A DNA stretch of 63,761 nucleotides, counting the filler, from Octopus bimaculoides (Eukaryota): NCBI RefSeq assembly GCF_001194135.2. It is 5 parts of 4 records of this genome, joined end to end, with 100 filler letters (N's around TTAATTAATTAA, not from the genome) between each part and the next. Parts side by side here need not be neighbours in the genome. Positions count along the whole stretch, not along the records: positions 20,791 to 43,860 come from NC_068993.1; positions 43,961 to 59,433 come from NC_068982.1; 3 more parts are not named here. One strand, given 5' to 3'. Position numbers and translations under genes: made by a program. The notes under the pieces were generated by a model that ran no database searches, was not told where the DNA came from, and was given only the letters and a program-made list of their open reading frames with translations. This document shows, in pieces, positions 35,961-48,419 of the stretch. How positions within the stretch are numbered: position 1 is the stretch's first letter; the number at the start of each line of letters is the position of its first letter.

Positions 35961-36477
35961 TAACAATCCGTTTATCTGCAGAAAATATAGCCAGTAAAAA
36001 GAGTAGAGTCGTAGGAAACTGTTCATGGTTCAATTTATTTTACTTTCTACCCTATTTTTCGGTTAATAATGAATATTTAGTTCTCCTGCCCATTTTGACT
36101 GTAATTTGTATTCAGTTGAAGCATTATAATAAGGCAAAAGTATGTCACATACACAAAGATTTATATAAGAGTGCATACACAACCATACTCACACGAGCTT
36201 GTACATCCACAGATTCATACGCACGCTCTTATATGTATATATGAACGTACACACACTCGCGCACACACATATACATATGTAGATCGTATATCTCGATGAG
36301 ATCTTATCAACATTTTATTACTATACATGTATATATACATACACGCACAAACAAATGCATACGTATATATAGCCAGTCACACACGCGTACATATATTTAG
36401 ATACACCTGCATACAGAGACTTATACACATACTATATGTACGTCATATATATTACATATAAAGCATACATATATATG

Positions 36478-36560
<83 letters not shown>

Positions 36561-37109
36561 ATNNNNNNNNNNNNNNNNNNNNNNNNNNNNNNNNNNNNNN
36601 NNNNNNNNNNNNNNNNNNNNNNNNNNNNNNNNNNNNNNNNNNNNNNNNNNNNNNNNNNNNNNNNNNNNNNNNNNNNNNNNNNNNNNNNNNNNNNNNNNNN
36701 NNNNNNNNNNNNNNNNNNNNNNNNNNNNNNNNNNNNNNNNNNNNNNNNNNNNNNNNNNNNNNNNNNNNNNNNNNNNNNNNNNNNNNNNNNNNNNNNNNNN
36801 NNNNNNNNNNNNNNNNNNNNNNNNNNNNNNNNNNNNNNNNNNNNNNNNNNNNNNNNNNNNNNNNNNNNNNNNNNNNNNNNNNNNNNNNNNNNNNNNNNNN
36901 NNNNNNNNNNNNNNNNNNNNNNNNNNNNNNNNNNNNNNNNNNNNNNNNNNNNNNNNNNNNNNNNNNNNNNNNNNNNNNNNNNNNNNNNNNNNNNNNNNNN
37001 NNNNNNNNNNNNNNNNNNNNNNNNNNNNNNNNNNNNNNNNNNNNNNNNNNNNNNNNNNNNNNNNNNNNNNNNNNNNNNNNNNNNNNNNNNNNNNNNNNNN
37101 NNNNNNNNN

Positions 37110-37285
37110 TGAGCTTTAAAATAAGTTCTCCACCAATAATGGTGCTTTCATACCGATGGGCTTGGTAAAAATTATTAATTGTTAATTGATTTATTAATTA
37201 ATAAATCAATTAACAATTAATAATTTTTACCAAGCCCATCGGTATGAAAGCACCATTATTGGTGGAGAACTTATTTTAAAGCTCA
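37110..37285. repeat. Perfect 176-bp palindrome starting at a contig edge
   Basis: 88-bp arms, no mismatch seen, no loop (centre 37197/37198). Confidence 0.9.
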
Positions 37286-37834
37286 TATATATTTATAAAC
37301 ATAATTAAGGGATCAGCAAATATTTGCTTCACCATATACCGAAGTTCAGAAATAGCAGCTAAAAAAGCTGAGAATCCCACAGATAGCATTACTTGTAACT
37401 CACAAAGGCAAAAACAAGAAGAAAAAAACAATGAAAAATTAACCATTCCGAAGGTTAACAGTAGACGCGTTCCTGGATTATGATTGATACTCAATTTCCT
37501 TCATCAATACTGTATTCCAGCAGCAAATTTGACTATGCTAGCAAACTGTGCAAGCGTGAACGAGTTACATTCCACACCGACACAGATCTGTGCGTGTGTA
37601 TTTTGTGTGTGTGCATGTGTGTGTGCGTGTGTATGTGCGTGTGCTTGTGTGTGTGCTTGTGTGTGTGAACGAGGGGTTGTGTGGGGAGGCATATGTGTGT
37701 TTTTTGCGCGTGCATGCGTGTGCGCATATGTGTGCGTGTGTGTGTGCGTGTGTGTGCGTGTACAGACGTATATATGTAAGACGTAAATATACACACAGAT
37801 ACACGTATACACATGTATACATATGTACGCAATC

Positions 37835-38525
37835 ATGCTCGCATGCAAAAATCACTTGGTGTATACATATAGAAGTTATAACAGACAAGTTAGATGAGAA
37901 GTAAATTTTAAAACGTTGGAAAGGAGAAAGAAAAAGAAAAGGAAGGATCCTAGATGTAACATTTAGCGAGGGAAAGAAGTAAGAGGAGGGGAGAGGAGCG
38001 CAAAGTTGAAGGACTCTATACAAGTAACGAATAGGGAGAGAAAGGATACATTCCGTAAGGAAAGAAAAAGAAAGAAAGAAGGAAAGAAAGGTGGCTGAAT
38101 ATGTGTAACGAACGTACACAAAATAAAATTACGTATACGTGTGTATATAAAAGTGTATATTAGAATAAATACATATATAAGATTTCATATATCAAAGACG
38201 AAGGCTCTCCATCTCGATCTTCGAACAAACTCTTCCGTTTTCTCTACAAGACTTTTGAGATATTGCTTTTGTGTAGAGATAGGTATATTTTTCTGAGGAT
38301 AATCCAGTGGGTAAAGTTCCATCGTTTTCGGCTGTTTCTTCTTCCTACTTGTGTAGAGTCGCTCGAACTTTTCTAAAAAAGGAGCGGGTTACACCGGAGC
38401 GAGTACATAAATGTGAAACAAGGTGGACAAAAGAGTACTCACATACCAGAGGTAGAGTATTATGCTTTATTTAAAAGCAGCAGAAATATAAAAAAAGCTG
38501 TTACCCAGAATATAACAAAAGCTGT
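37835..38525 (-). mobile_element. Inverted, internally deleted PLE copy: pseudo-LTR + ORF start + 3'UTR piece
   Basis: 38400-38525 is the reverse complement of 41437-41540. ATG at 38322 opens MELYPLDYPQKNIPISTQKQYLKSLVEKTEEFVRRSRWRAFVFD (PLE N-terminus). 37835-38190 is the reverse complement of 40812-41203. Confidence 0.8.
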
Positions 38526-39261
38526 GGATCTATTTCAAAACGGGGGCACCAGTATTTTCTTAACGAAACGCTAACGAAACACTTTGAAACTTGGGACACT
38601 GGTAGAATGTGTCATATAAAACATATTTTACTCTTAGTCTTCTTAACAAAAAAACGTACATCGCAAATTATTCAATGTTAAAGTTGTCGTATTTCTGTAA
38701 TTTCAACCAATCACTGACGTCTATTCAGTTGAATAGAGTTACTGCTGGGCGGTCATAAAAATGTTATTCCCTGTGACATATTTCATCCGGTTTAATCGTA
38801 ATCTATACGCATATATTGTTTATATAATNNNNNNNNNNNNNNNNNNNNNNNNNNNNNNNNNNNNNNNNNNNNNNNNNNNNNNNNNNNNNNNNNNNNNNNN
38901 NNNNNNNNNNNNNNNNNNNNNNNNNNNNNNNNNNAATTACGCTGTGCGTATCTATGTGTGTAACAATCTTAGAGTTAGGATTCTAGAGTTAGGGTTAGTT
39001 TTAGGGTTAGGGTTAGGGTTAGGGGATTAATACGATATACACCGTTACAGCGCTAACTGTTTTCAACTGAATAGACGTCAGTGATTAGTAGAAATTATCG
39101 AAATAAGACAATTTTTTACATGAAATAAATTCGAATACAAAACTTTTTTTCTGTTCTATAACACAAAATAGATAAGTATACGAAGTTTGAAAGTCTTTCG
39201 GTACCAAAAACACTACATAAAACATAAATGAAAACTGGTGCCCCCGTTTTGAAATAGATCC
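38526..39261. mobile_element. MITE with 8-bp TSD (Merlin-like by GG-start TIR) containing TTAGGG repeats
   Basis: TIRs GGATCTATTTCAAAACGGGGGCACCAGT / ACTGGTGCCCCCGTTTTGAAATAGATCC; TSD AAAGCTGT at 38518-25 and 39262-69; inner IR at 38709-33 / 39062-86. Confidence 0.85.
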
Positions 39262-39273
39262 AAAGCTGTTACT

Positions 39274-41540
39274 AATCAATGCATTAAAAATTAAAATTAA
39301 AATTTTTAGATGTAAATTTGGATTTACAGTCGGATAAATTCAAACCTTACCGTAAGACTAATGATAAGCTATCTTATATTAGCAAAGAATCCAATCACCC
39401 ATCAGTTATTCTTAGGAACTTAGTAATGTAAGTAAACGAATATCATTAATTTCTTCGGATGAGGCAGCATTTCAAAATACCGCACCTTATTACAATAGCG
39501 CATTAAGGAATAGTGGATTCTCTGAGAAGATCCAGTATAACCAATTTAATGCTAGCAGTAATGCTACACGTAGAACTAGGGGTAGGAAGGTTTTGTGGTT
39601 TAACCCAGCTTTCAATATGGCCGTAAAATCAAATATAGGCAGGGAATTCTTAAAATTAGTCTCTAGACATATTTAACCTGACCATAAGTTTTATAGAATA
39701 TTTAATAGAAGAACGCTTAAGATCAGCCATTCTTGCTGCAAAAACTTCGCCTCATTCATTAAACAACACAACAATAAGGTAATTGCAAATAATCATAGTG
39801 CCAATTCTCCTCTTAAAAATTACAATTTCAACGATGGGACATCCTGTCCGTTGGAAGGAAAATGTCTGGAGAAAGGAATCGTGTATAGAGCCAAGGTGCA
39901 GATAGAAGGGTTGCACGAATATAGAACTTATACTAGGGCTTCTGAAAATTCTTTCAAAACCCGATTTTATTCTCAGAAATTCCTTCAGATACCCCGAAAA
40001 TAGGACGAAGACCAGCCTGGCAAAATATGTCTGGGAATTAAAAGAAAACGAAGCCCGACAATTCAACGTGATATGGAGAATTTTAGATAGAGCTTCACCT
40101 TACAGGCATGGTGCGCATAAAAGACCCATCAAATGTGATTTATGCCTGCTGGAAAAATATATTTTATTCCAGGACAATAACTCTTTAAATCAAAGACGCG
40201 AACTCTTGAATTCCTGCAGACACGCAACTAAATTTAAAATATCAGCTAACAATATACCATATGGATAGTGTATATATTTCTTGATTCTTGGACTAGTTTT
40301 TAATCACGCTGTTGGATTTGTTTCTTATAATACATGATTTATTTCGCATCGCAAAGATATCGTATATATTTTGACATATTTCTTAAGTAAAACTTTCGAC
40401 TGTTACATGCATATATTTTTTTCTTGTTTAAGATTCTACTTTTGTTTTATTTAATTTCATTTTATTGTATTTTATAAACCCATTTTAATCGTTTTATAGA
40501 TAATTCGATATAGATAATTCGATATAGGGTGTTCTATTTTGCATGTCTTTTATCCGAATTTTATCATTATGCACTCAGTAATTTCTTTAAAAAATGTTGT
40601 TTGTATATATACGTCAGGACCTAGATATGTTTTTATGTGGATGCTTGTATTGTTGGCATGCATATGTATTCGTATGTATGCCTCTATGCATATGTGTAAG
40701 TAAGCGTGTATGTTTATATTTCTGCACATACATACATAGATGTATATTTATGCATGTATTCACTTATATTTGTGTGGATGTGTATTTACGTGCATATTTC
40801 CATATATTTATATATGTAATCTTATATATATGTATTTATTCTAATATACACTTTTATATACACACCTATACGTAATTTTATTTTGTGTACGTTCGTTACA
40901 CATATTCAGCCACCTATCTTTCTTTCTTTCTGTCTTTCTTTTTTTCTGTCTTTCTTTCTTTCTTTCTTTCTGTTTCCTTACGGAATGTATCCTTTCTCTC
41001 CTTATTCGTTACTTGTAGACTCTATACTTTAACTTTGCGCTCCTCTCCCCTCCTCTTACCTCTTTCCCTCGCTAACTGTTACATCTAAGATCCTTCCTTT
41101 TCTTTTTCTTTCCCCCACCCTACGTTTTAAAATTTACTTCTCATCTAGCTTGTCTGTTATAACTTCTATATGTATACACCAAGTGATTTTTGCATGCGAG
41201 CACTGTTGTAAAATATTTATGTAATGCAGCGTGAAAATTTTAATTTTCAATGCATCATTGAATTTATATTGAATTAATTTATTTTGTTTATTTTGTTCAT
41301 TGCATGCTTAAGACCATTAATTGAAAGGACCAATGAAACAAATCCATTTTTAAAAGTGTATCCTTTAACTAGTTATGATCATATTATTTCTGCTCTATTT
41401 TAACAAAACTGCCCAACGAACGGGAACGTGAAACTCTGAGTAACAGCTTTTGTTATATTTCTGCTGCTTTTAAATAAAGCATAATACTCTACCTTTGGTT
41501 TGTGAGTACTCTTTTTTCCACCTTGTTTCACATTTATGTG
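39274..41540 (+). mobile_element. PLE 3' half (thumb + GIY-YIG + 3'UTR/pseudo-LTR), Hydra-clade-like, decayed
   Basis: FLDVNLDL..FKPYRK..SNHP; YNSALRNSGF..LWFNPAF..CPLEGKC..KYVWELKE..CDLCLLEK..LLNSCRH (stop 40268). Confidence 0.88.
41402..41454 (+). ncRNA. Decayed type I hammerhead in the PLE pseudo-LTR
   Basis: Stem I aacaaaactg / acag-c-ttttgtt; core CCAACGA (two changes from CTGACGA); stem II ACG-ggaa-CGT; GAAA; ACTCtGAGT; GUA site after 41442. Confidence 0.6.
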
Positions 41541-41597
41541 CTCACTCCAGTATATATATATATGTAATAATATACATATAGATATGTAATAATATAC

Positions 41598-42000
41598 ATA
41601 TGGAAAATACTGGAAGGACTGGTGCCAAACTTTGGCATCAAGTACTACAAGAATGCCCGCACAGGTCGCCACTGCATGGTACCAAAGGTGCTGTCCACTG
41701 CATCTCACATAAGAACGAGGTACTGCAACAGCCTCGGTTTCAGAGGACCTCAGCTCTTTAATGCCCTGCCAAAACATTTGAGAGACCTGCAAGACATGGA
41801 TATAAAGGTCTTCAAGACAAAACTCGACGCTTTCCTCTCCACGATACAAGACGAACTAATGGCTCGAAATGAGACACAGTTTAGGGCAGCGATGTCAAAT
41901 TCTCTTATACACCAGATGTGCCATCAAAACTCTTGATTGGACTATATCAGGTGGAGGAGAAGAGCCATGCAAGGAACGTGAAGAGAGCACAGCATAAAGA
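41598..42000 (+). mobile_element. CR1-clade LINE 3' end
   Basis: IWKILEGLVPNFGI..RTGRHC..GPQLFNALPKHLRD..FKTKLDAFLSTIQD..SNSLIHQ*. Confidence 0.88.
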
Positions 42001-42084
42001 CGGAAAGTCACGGTGGTGCTCCAGCATGACCACAGCCACTTGGCTGAAACCCATAAATATATAAATTTAAAAAAAAATAAATAA

Positions 42085-42148
<64 letters not shown>

Positions 42149-42154
42149 ATGTAT

Positions 42155-42309
42155 TCTTTCTGTTTCCTTCTACCAAATCCACTCACAAGGATTTGGTCGG
42201 CATGCGGCTATAGTAGAAGACATTTGCCCAAGGTGCCACGCAGTGGGACTAAACCCGAAACCATGTGGTTAGGAAGCAAGTTTCTTACCACACAGCCACA
42301 CCTACGCCT
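42155..42309 (-). mobile_element. SINE family B 5' part
   Basis: ctaccaaatccactcacaagg...gcccaaggtgccacgcagtgggac...accacacagccacacctacgcct. Confidence 0.88.
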
Positions 42310-42411
42310 ATATATCTCTTCCATTCAGCCTTTTTTTCCCGGTCATCTTGTCATGTCAGACCGTTGAACTCTGCGCATTGTTTTCTCTCTTCGTTGTTTT
42401 TCATTCTCTCC

Positions 42412-42557
42412 CCAAATCTGGTATTAATTGTTGTAAGCAGCAAAAGTTAATCGGGCGCTTCTTATAGGGTGCGGAGCAAAGTAAACATTGCGAACCACTG
42501 GTTTAGAGACTAGTCGTAAAAAAATTGCGAAAGAAAAACGTTCTTCTTTTATTGTAT

Positions 42558-42656
<99 letters not shown>

Positions 42657-43711
42657 TGCGTCTGTGTAAGCCTGTGTGAATGTGTGTGGGCAAGTGTAAT
42701 ATACCTAAATCTGAATGAAGTAGGAAAAAAAGTTGATTTCACATTAATTTACAGTGTAAACTATGTTGTCTATTTAAACATTATCAAACGTACAGACACA
42801 CACACATATTTGTTACGCATAACATCAAACAAAAAACCATACTCGCACAGACGCACACACACACGCGCACATTTGTTATGCATATGATATAAAACACACA
42901 CACGCACACACACTTATGTTTAATGTGATATAAAAGGCACACACACACACATTTGTTATGCATAATATCAAAGAAAACAACATTTACTGGACTGTGTTGT
43001 GGCATAGGACTATTTTTACAAACAAGTTTTCTTTTATGCAGTTGTGACTCGTCAACAATTATTTATTCATGCACGGTAAGTTTTAGTTTCTGCTCGTACT
43101 GCAGTTAACCTAAAATTGGAACAACAGTTGCAGATTGCAGCAATGCATCCTCCTTACCTTATCTCTCTTTCCTCCCTCCTCCCTTCACTTTATTTTCTCT
43201 CACCCCTCTCTCTCTCGTCTCTCTCCCTCTTCCCTCCTCTCTCTTTCTGTTTTCTCCCTCATGCATGTTTTTCACATTCTACTGCCCTACTTCCCATACT
43301 CTTTCTGTTTCTCTTTCATTCACTCCCTCACTTCCTTTCTCTCTATATATATCTCTGAGTCGACACTTGCAATCGACTATGAACTGGTAGCCGACAAGAC
43401 AGTAAGCGGCAACGAAAGAAATCGACTCCACCTTTATGGCCGGCATTTCACTTGCTTTAGTTTATTTCTATTTTGTGGTCATTATATCTCAGTAAAAGTG
43501 CAACAGATAGCATTGTTTCATTTACAGACGGCCCCCGCAGCAAAACAACATCTCGGGACATCGCACTACAATCGAAATTTTCTTTCCAGAGTTTACTAAT
43601 GGCTGGTACCATGTTTGGAAATTCCACTTCTCATTCCTGCATTAAAATCCTCCCAAAATGCAAAATGTGACGAGTAACAGACACCGAAGTTTTGATCTTG
43701 TTGACATTCAA
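42412..43711 (-). repeat. ~1.3-kb dispersed repeat, copy 2 (inverted relative to 27995-29305)
   Basis: Same segment order and internal (TG/CA)n tracts as copy 1. Confidence 0.85.
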
Positions 43712-43723
43712 GCATACACACAC

Positions 43724-43760
<37 letters not shown>

Positions 43761-43860
43761 AGACACACACACACACACACAGACACACACACACACACAT
43801 ACACATACACCTATATTTATATTTATAAACATATATACATATATATGTATATATGTATAT

Positions 43861-43960
43861 NNNNNNNNNNNNNNNNNNNNNNNNNNNNNNNNNNNNNNNN
43901 NNNNTTAATTAATTAANNNNNNNNNNNNNNNNNNNNNNNNNNNNNNNNNNNNNNNNNNNN
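43861..43960. other. Artificial scaffold-join spacer
   Basis: N44-TTAATTAATTAA-N44. Confidence 0.95.
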
Positions 43961-45500
43961 ATATTTTGATAATTTTAACTACTTTTTAAAAAATTTAAAA
44001 GTGCGAGTAGAGCAGTGTACACACAATACTCTAAGGTCTAATCTATTATTGATTAAGTTAGGATTATTTCTAAGTTTAAAAATTTCATATATTTCCATAG
44101 AACATAATTCACATCCATATCTACTATTTCTATAAGGTTGAGCTTTTCCTATAATTTCTCATTTAAGGCTAAAACTAATACCATTATCTTTTAACTCCCA
44201 AATTTTATTTGCTAATGTCGTACTATTTGCCTTATGTCTTAGTCTAAAAGAAGACCTATGGTTATATATTCTCTGTTTCNNNNNNNNNNTACTATTTGCC
44301 TTATGTCTTAGTCTAAAAGAAGACCTATGGTTATATATTCTCTGTTTCAGATTAATACTACATCCTACGTAAATATAATTCTTGGTTATCGTACTTATAA
44401 TGCATTTGCGCACTACGTTACGGGTGCAACATCTGCCTAATAACGGACAATGGGACTTATTTCTGCAGTTGCACCAAGTGGAGCTATCAACCACACCTAT
44501 ATTATTACTAATACCTCTATTATTATTGTTACAATTATTTACACTAATATTATTTGTCCCTTCATCAATTCTACTATTAGGTATATTTTGATTATTTCCA
44601 TCATTATTTAACTCATTCCTGATGTGCTATCAGTTAGAATTATTTCTCCAACATTAGGCATATTGATATTATATGAACTAGGTCCCTGATTTCCATGAGC
44701 CCATCATCTACTTCAATTAAACTCTCAACATCAATACTGCTGCCAACCATAATTTTAACCAACAAATAGAATGCTTAAACTTTACACCTTATCTATAGCC
44801 TTTGAATTCAAAATTGACACTACTTCAGGGTTTTTTGTATAAACTAATTACATTTTTATTATTGACAATTTTATTATTAACATACTTCTTATTATTAACA
44901 TATTAATTAAGCTAATATTGATATCTATAAATTTCCCATGCTTAGTATATGTATAACAATACTGATGCTTTATTCAGACTAAAGAAAAAGCCCTGTTGAC
45001 CTAAATGGTTAATTCCCCAACATTATGATAGCAGTAAAAAACCCAACCTAAAATAGTGTTGCCACTCTGACCAGAGAAACCTTTATAACTATATCCATGT
45101 ATAATGCTTACACCTTCCCTTTCCTTAGAAGGGATTGCCCCTTATACTATAACCACCAGATAAGAGACAATAAATCAGAGACAGTTAGAATTCTACCTAA
45201 AACTAATTACTAGCCTGCTAGCCTTGGCTATGTCAAGATGGATTTTTATGTATTCTTCTTCCCACTTGGATTTTAAATGTTGCCACAATTATAATATGTC
45301 TATTCTACTGTAATTTTTCTACGTTTTTGTGCAGCTGAAGATTGCTCTACATATTGCATTTAATGTAATGCTTGCATTACTTAAATAAATGGAGTAGCAT
45401 GAAATGTGCGTACTGCAATCATCTTTAAAATCCGTGTTGCTTATTTTGATTTTTTGATCACCTTGCTCTTAGAATGGTTTTTGGATAATACCATACTATA
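43961..45500 (-). mobile_element. Decayed PLE (GIY-YIG clear; RT heavily eroded)
   Basis: CNCRNKSHCPLLGRC..YIYVGCSINLKQRIYNHRSSFR..TTLANKIWELKD at 44159-44494. Upstream RT-like remnants (MPNVGEII, VSDLLSLI) are weak, so the 45500 boundary is approximate. Confidence 0.7.
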
Positions 45501-45611
45501 TTCTGGTGCCTAAACATAAGTACCATATTCAATTTTGAATCTACATCTAAATCTTAAATATATATATATATATACATACTTATATATATATAAGTATATA
45601 TACATGTGTAA

Positions 45612-45965
45612 TATGATGGCCGTCCACTCGTGACCGAGGAAGACCATTGCCGACCGTCAGGAACATTGTGCACTCTAGGACTAACTTCTATTTTGCGTTT
45701 GCGGCTCTGTTGGTGGCTAATGAGCCCTGCTCTTGACAAGCATACATGACTGCAAACACTGCAGACCAAGCTTTTCCCATTCACTATACGAGCTGTGCGC
45801 TTTCGCGCAACTCGCTTAAGTTATTCATGCTGGTTACGTGCTCTCTCAAAAGTGTCGATCCCCTCCTTAACCGGCTTCCTCCATCTGTGGCAATGACAGG
45901 CATTGTTCTCCCAGTCAGTGTCCTGCATATCACAGGCCTTTAATGAGGACTTGACACAGTCCTTA
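45612..45965 (-). mobile_element. RTE (BovB-like) LINE 3' end
   Basis: KDCVKSSLKACDMQDTDWENNA..RWRKPVKEGIDTFE..CSVCSHVCLSRAGLISHQ; ends ttcctcggtcacgagtggacggccatc. Confidence 0.85.
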
Positions 45966-46089
45966 AATCCTTAAGTCCTTATATATATATATATATATAT
46001 ATTTCTCTATATATGTATCTATAGACATATATTTATACTTATATATGTATATACATGTGTATATATATATGTATATCTATATAATCCCT

Positions 46090-47740
46090 TGAAAACTCCA
46101 GATTATGCTTAAGGTCCATAAACATAACTTTCTTAACAACCTCTCAGTTACATTGATTTTCCTTCTAAATCCAATATAGGCATTATTAGTGAAAAAAATC
46201 AGTGATAGGATAATACCTGTCCTTAAATCTAAAATTAGACTAGCCCTCTGGTCCGATACCCAAGAGGTGGTTGGATGGGTTAAGCTTCTAGAAGTTAGTA
46301 AGAATAGTAAATTCTTGCAACTAGATATAGAGAGTTATTATGCCACTATTAACCCGATCGTTCTTAATCAAACCCTGATTTTCAGCACGAAAAATTCCGA
46401 TATGTCCTGACGCGAAATAGATATTATACTTGCCACACAAGCCACTCTAGTAGATTTCGATGGTAGATTAGATAGGGAGACTGCATTTGATATAGCAGTG
46501 GGCTCATATTCTGCTCAGACCAGTGACCTAGTTGGAATATTTATCCTTTCATTAATCCAGTCTTACTTTCCGGAAGTAACAGGGAGTCTATACTGGGATG
46601 ACGCCTTATTTTTCTGGACAGAAGTAGCAAAGTTCATTTAGAAAGGTATAGGAAAAATTTCTTTAGACTTTTCAAAAATTTAGGACTAAACATTACTGTG
46701 GGTAGAATGAATTTTCTTGATGCTACCTTCTGTCTTGATACTGGATTATTTCCACTATTCCATAAGCCAAATGATCATATTAAGTACATTAATGTAGCAT
46801 CTAATCATCCACCCTCGATTACACAGGGACTAGTTAATATTTCTACAAGAATCTCGAGATCATCTGTTAATAAAATTTTTGAATCACATGCAACTTATAA
46901 TGCTGCTCTAGCCAGGACTGGATACCATGAAAAAATTCAATATATACAAGAAGCTGGCATACACAACACTGGTAATTCCTCCCAACTGTGGAAAATGTTT
47001 TGCTGCTTTGGACAAGTTTTCCTAAATCTAGTCGGTATCATGCTATTTTTAATCGATACACCATGAAGGTATCCTACACCAACGCTGCTAATTTAGAGCA
47101 GCTTATACATCACATAAACAATAGCAAAATGCAGCAAAGGTTCAATAACTCATGTACTGTATCTAGTGAACATTTGCATCTAAATACCAATGAAGGAGAT
47201 GTAAACTGCAATGATAAACACCAATTACGATCAATTTGTAGTAGTAGAAATACTTGTGATATAACTAACATGGTAACAACGCCAGTAAATGGAGTTGGGA
47301 TTGCATTATATACAAATAAATATGATAAATGCTCATACAGAGAAAAATCAAAATGTCCTTTGATGAATCTCTGTATGAGTACAAATCTTGTATATAAATG
47401 TACCATGCACACAAGGAGAGGACGGTATGTTTACATTGGGTAGACAGTTGATTCATTTAAGAATCATTATTGTAACCATGTTGCCAGCCTTAAAACAATC
47501 GATCAGAGACATTCAACATCTTTGGCATATTTTGTATGGCAACTGAAAGAGGATAATATGAAGTACTGCATAAATTGGTCCATAGTAAGGTACGCGAAAC
47601 CATACAATATAATTTTCAGGAGATGCTGTCTCTGCTCTGACGAATCCCTTTCTATTCTGCGGACTAACAAGAAGATCATTAATAGAATTTCTGAACAACT
47701 CTCAAAATGCCTACACGCATATAAATGTACTTTTGAGTAA
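46090..47740 (+). mobile_element. Decayed PLE (RT + GIY-YIG), Hydra-clade-like
   Basis: PSKSNIGIISEKI..LQLDIESYYATI..FDIAVGSY..LYWDDAL..YINVASNHPP..CSYREKSKCPL..YVYIG..CCLC..KCLH*; several stops and frameshifts. Confidence 0.88.
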
Positions 47741-47970
47741 CCGTTAACAAAACTTAATATATTTTAAGGTATGGATGACATGAGTCTACTTTCAATCTCT
47801 CCATTCTTACAAACACCAAGTAGATAGCTAACTCTCTTTGTGATCATGAGTGTACCACACATCATGTGTGCGTATACTCACATTTTTGCACCATGTAGCT
47901 TGCCTGAGGGCTTTTATACATCTCTATTTGTTAACAGCTATTTTTAATACTTATCTCGCTGAATTGTATC

Positions 47971-48180
47971 TTTTATTCTTTTACTTGTTTCAGTCATTTG
48001 ACTGCGGCCATGCTGGAGCACCACCATTTTTAGTCAAGCAAATCGACCCCAGGACTTATTCTTTGGAAACCTAGTACTTATTCTATCGGTCTCTTTTGCC
48101 AAACCGCTAGATTTCGAGGATGTAAACACACTACCATCAGTTGTCAAGCGATGCAGGGGGAACAAACACAGACACACAAA
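47971..48180 (-). mobile_element. SINE family B 3' tail
   Basis: ttacttgtttcagtcatttgactgcggccatgctggagcacc...cctagtacttattctatcggtctc. Confidence 0.88.
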
Positions 48181-48419
48181 CATATACACACACATACATA
48201 TATATATAAGTTTATGCATATATTAATATTATCTCAGTTTTAAAAAAAACCTTTGACAATATAAATATGTTAATAGTTACCAGAGGTAGCAAAATTACAC
48301 AAAAAAACCAAGATATCAGGCCGTTTTATAGGTAGAGATACCAAGTTAAAGTGATACATTTTGAGAACATATGAATAATAACAATAAATGGAGCAAAACG
48401 CATATAAATAAAAGTTCCT

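Noticed and set aside
38969-39025. True telomere or chromosome-fusion scar
   Set aside because: Only a few units, and they lie inside TIRs with a TSD.
44218-44348. Tandem duplication in the PLE endonuclease
   Set aside because: Exact repeat on either side of a 10-N gap; an unmerged contig overlap.
24899-47740. Selenocysteine-type in-frame TGA codons in PLE ORFs (known from Naiad PLEs)
   Set aside because: These elements have C-terminal endonucleases, and I saw no TGA aligned to conserved Cys; the stops look like ordinary decay.
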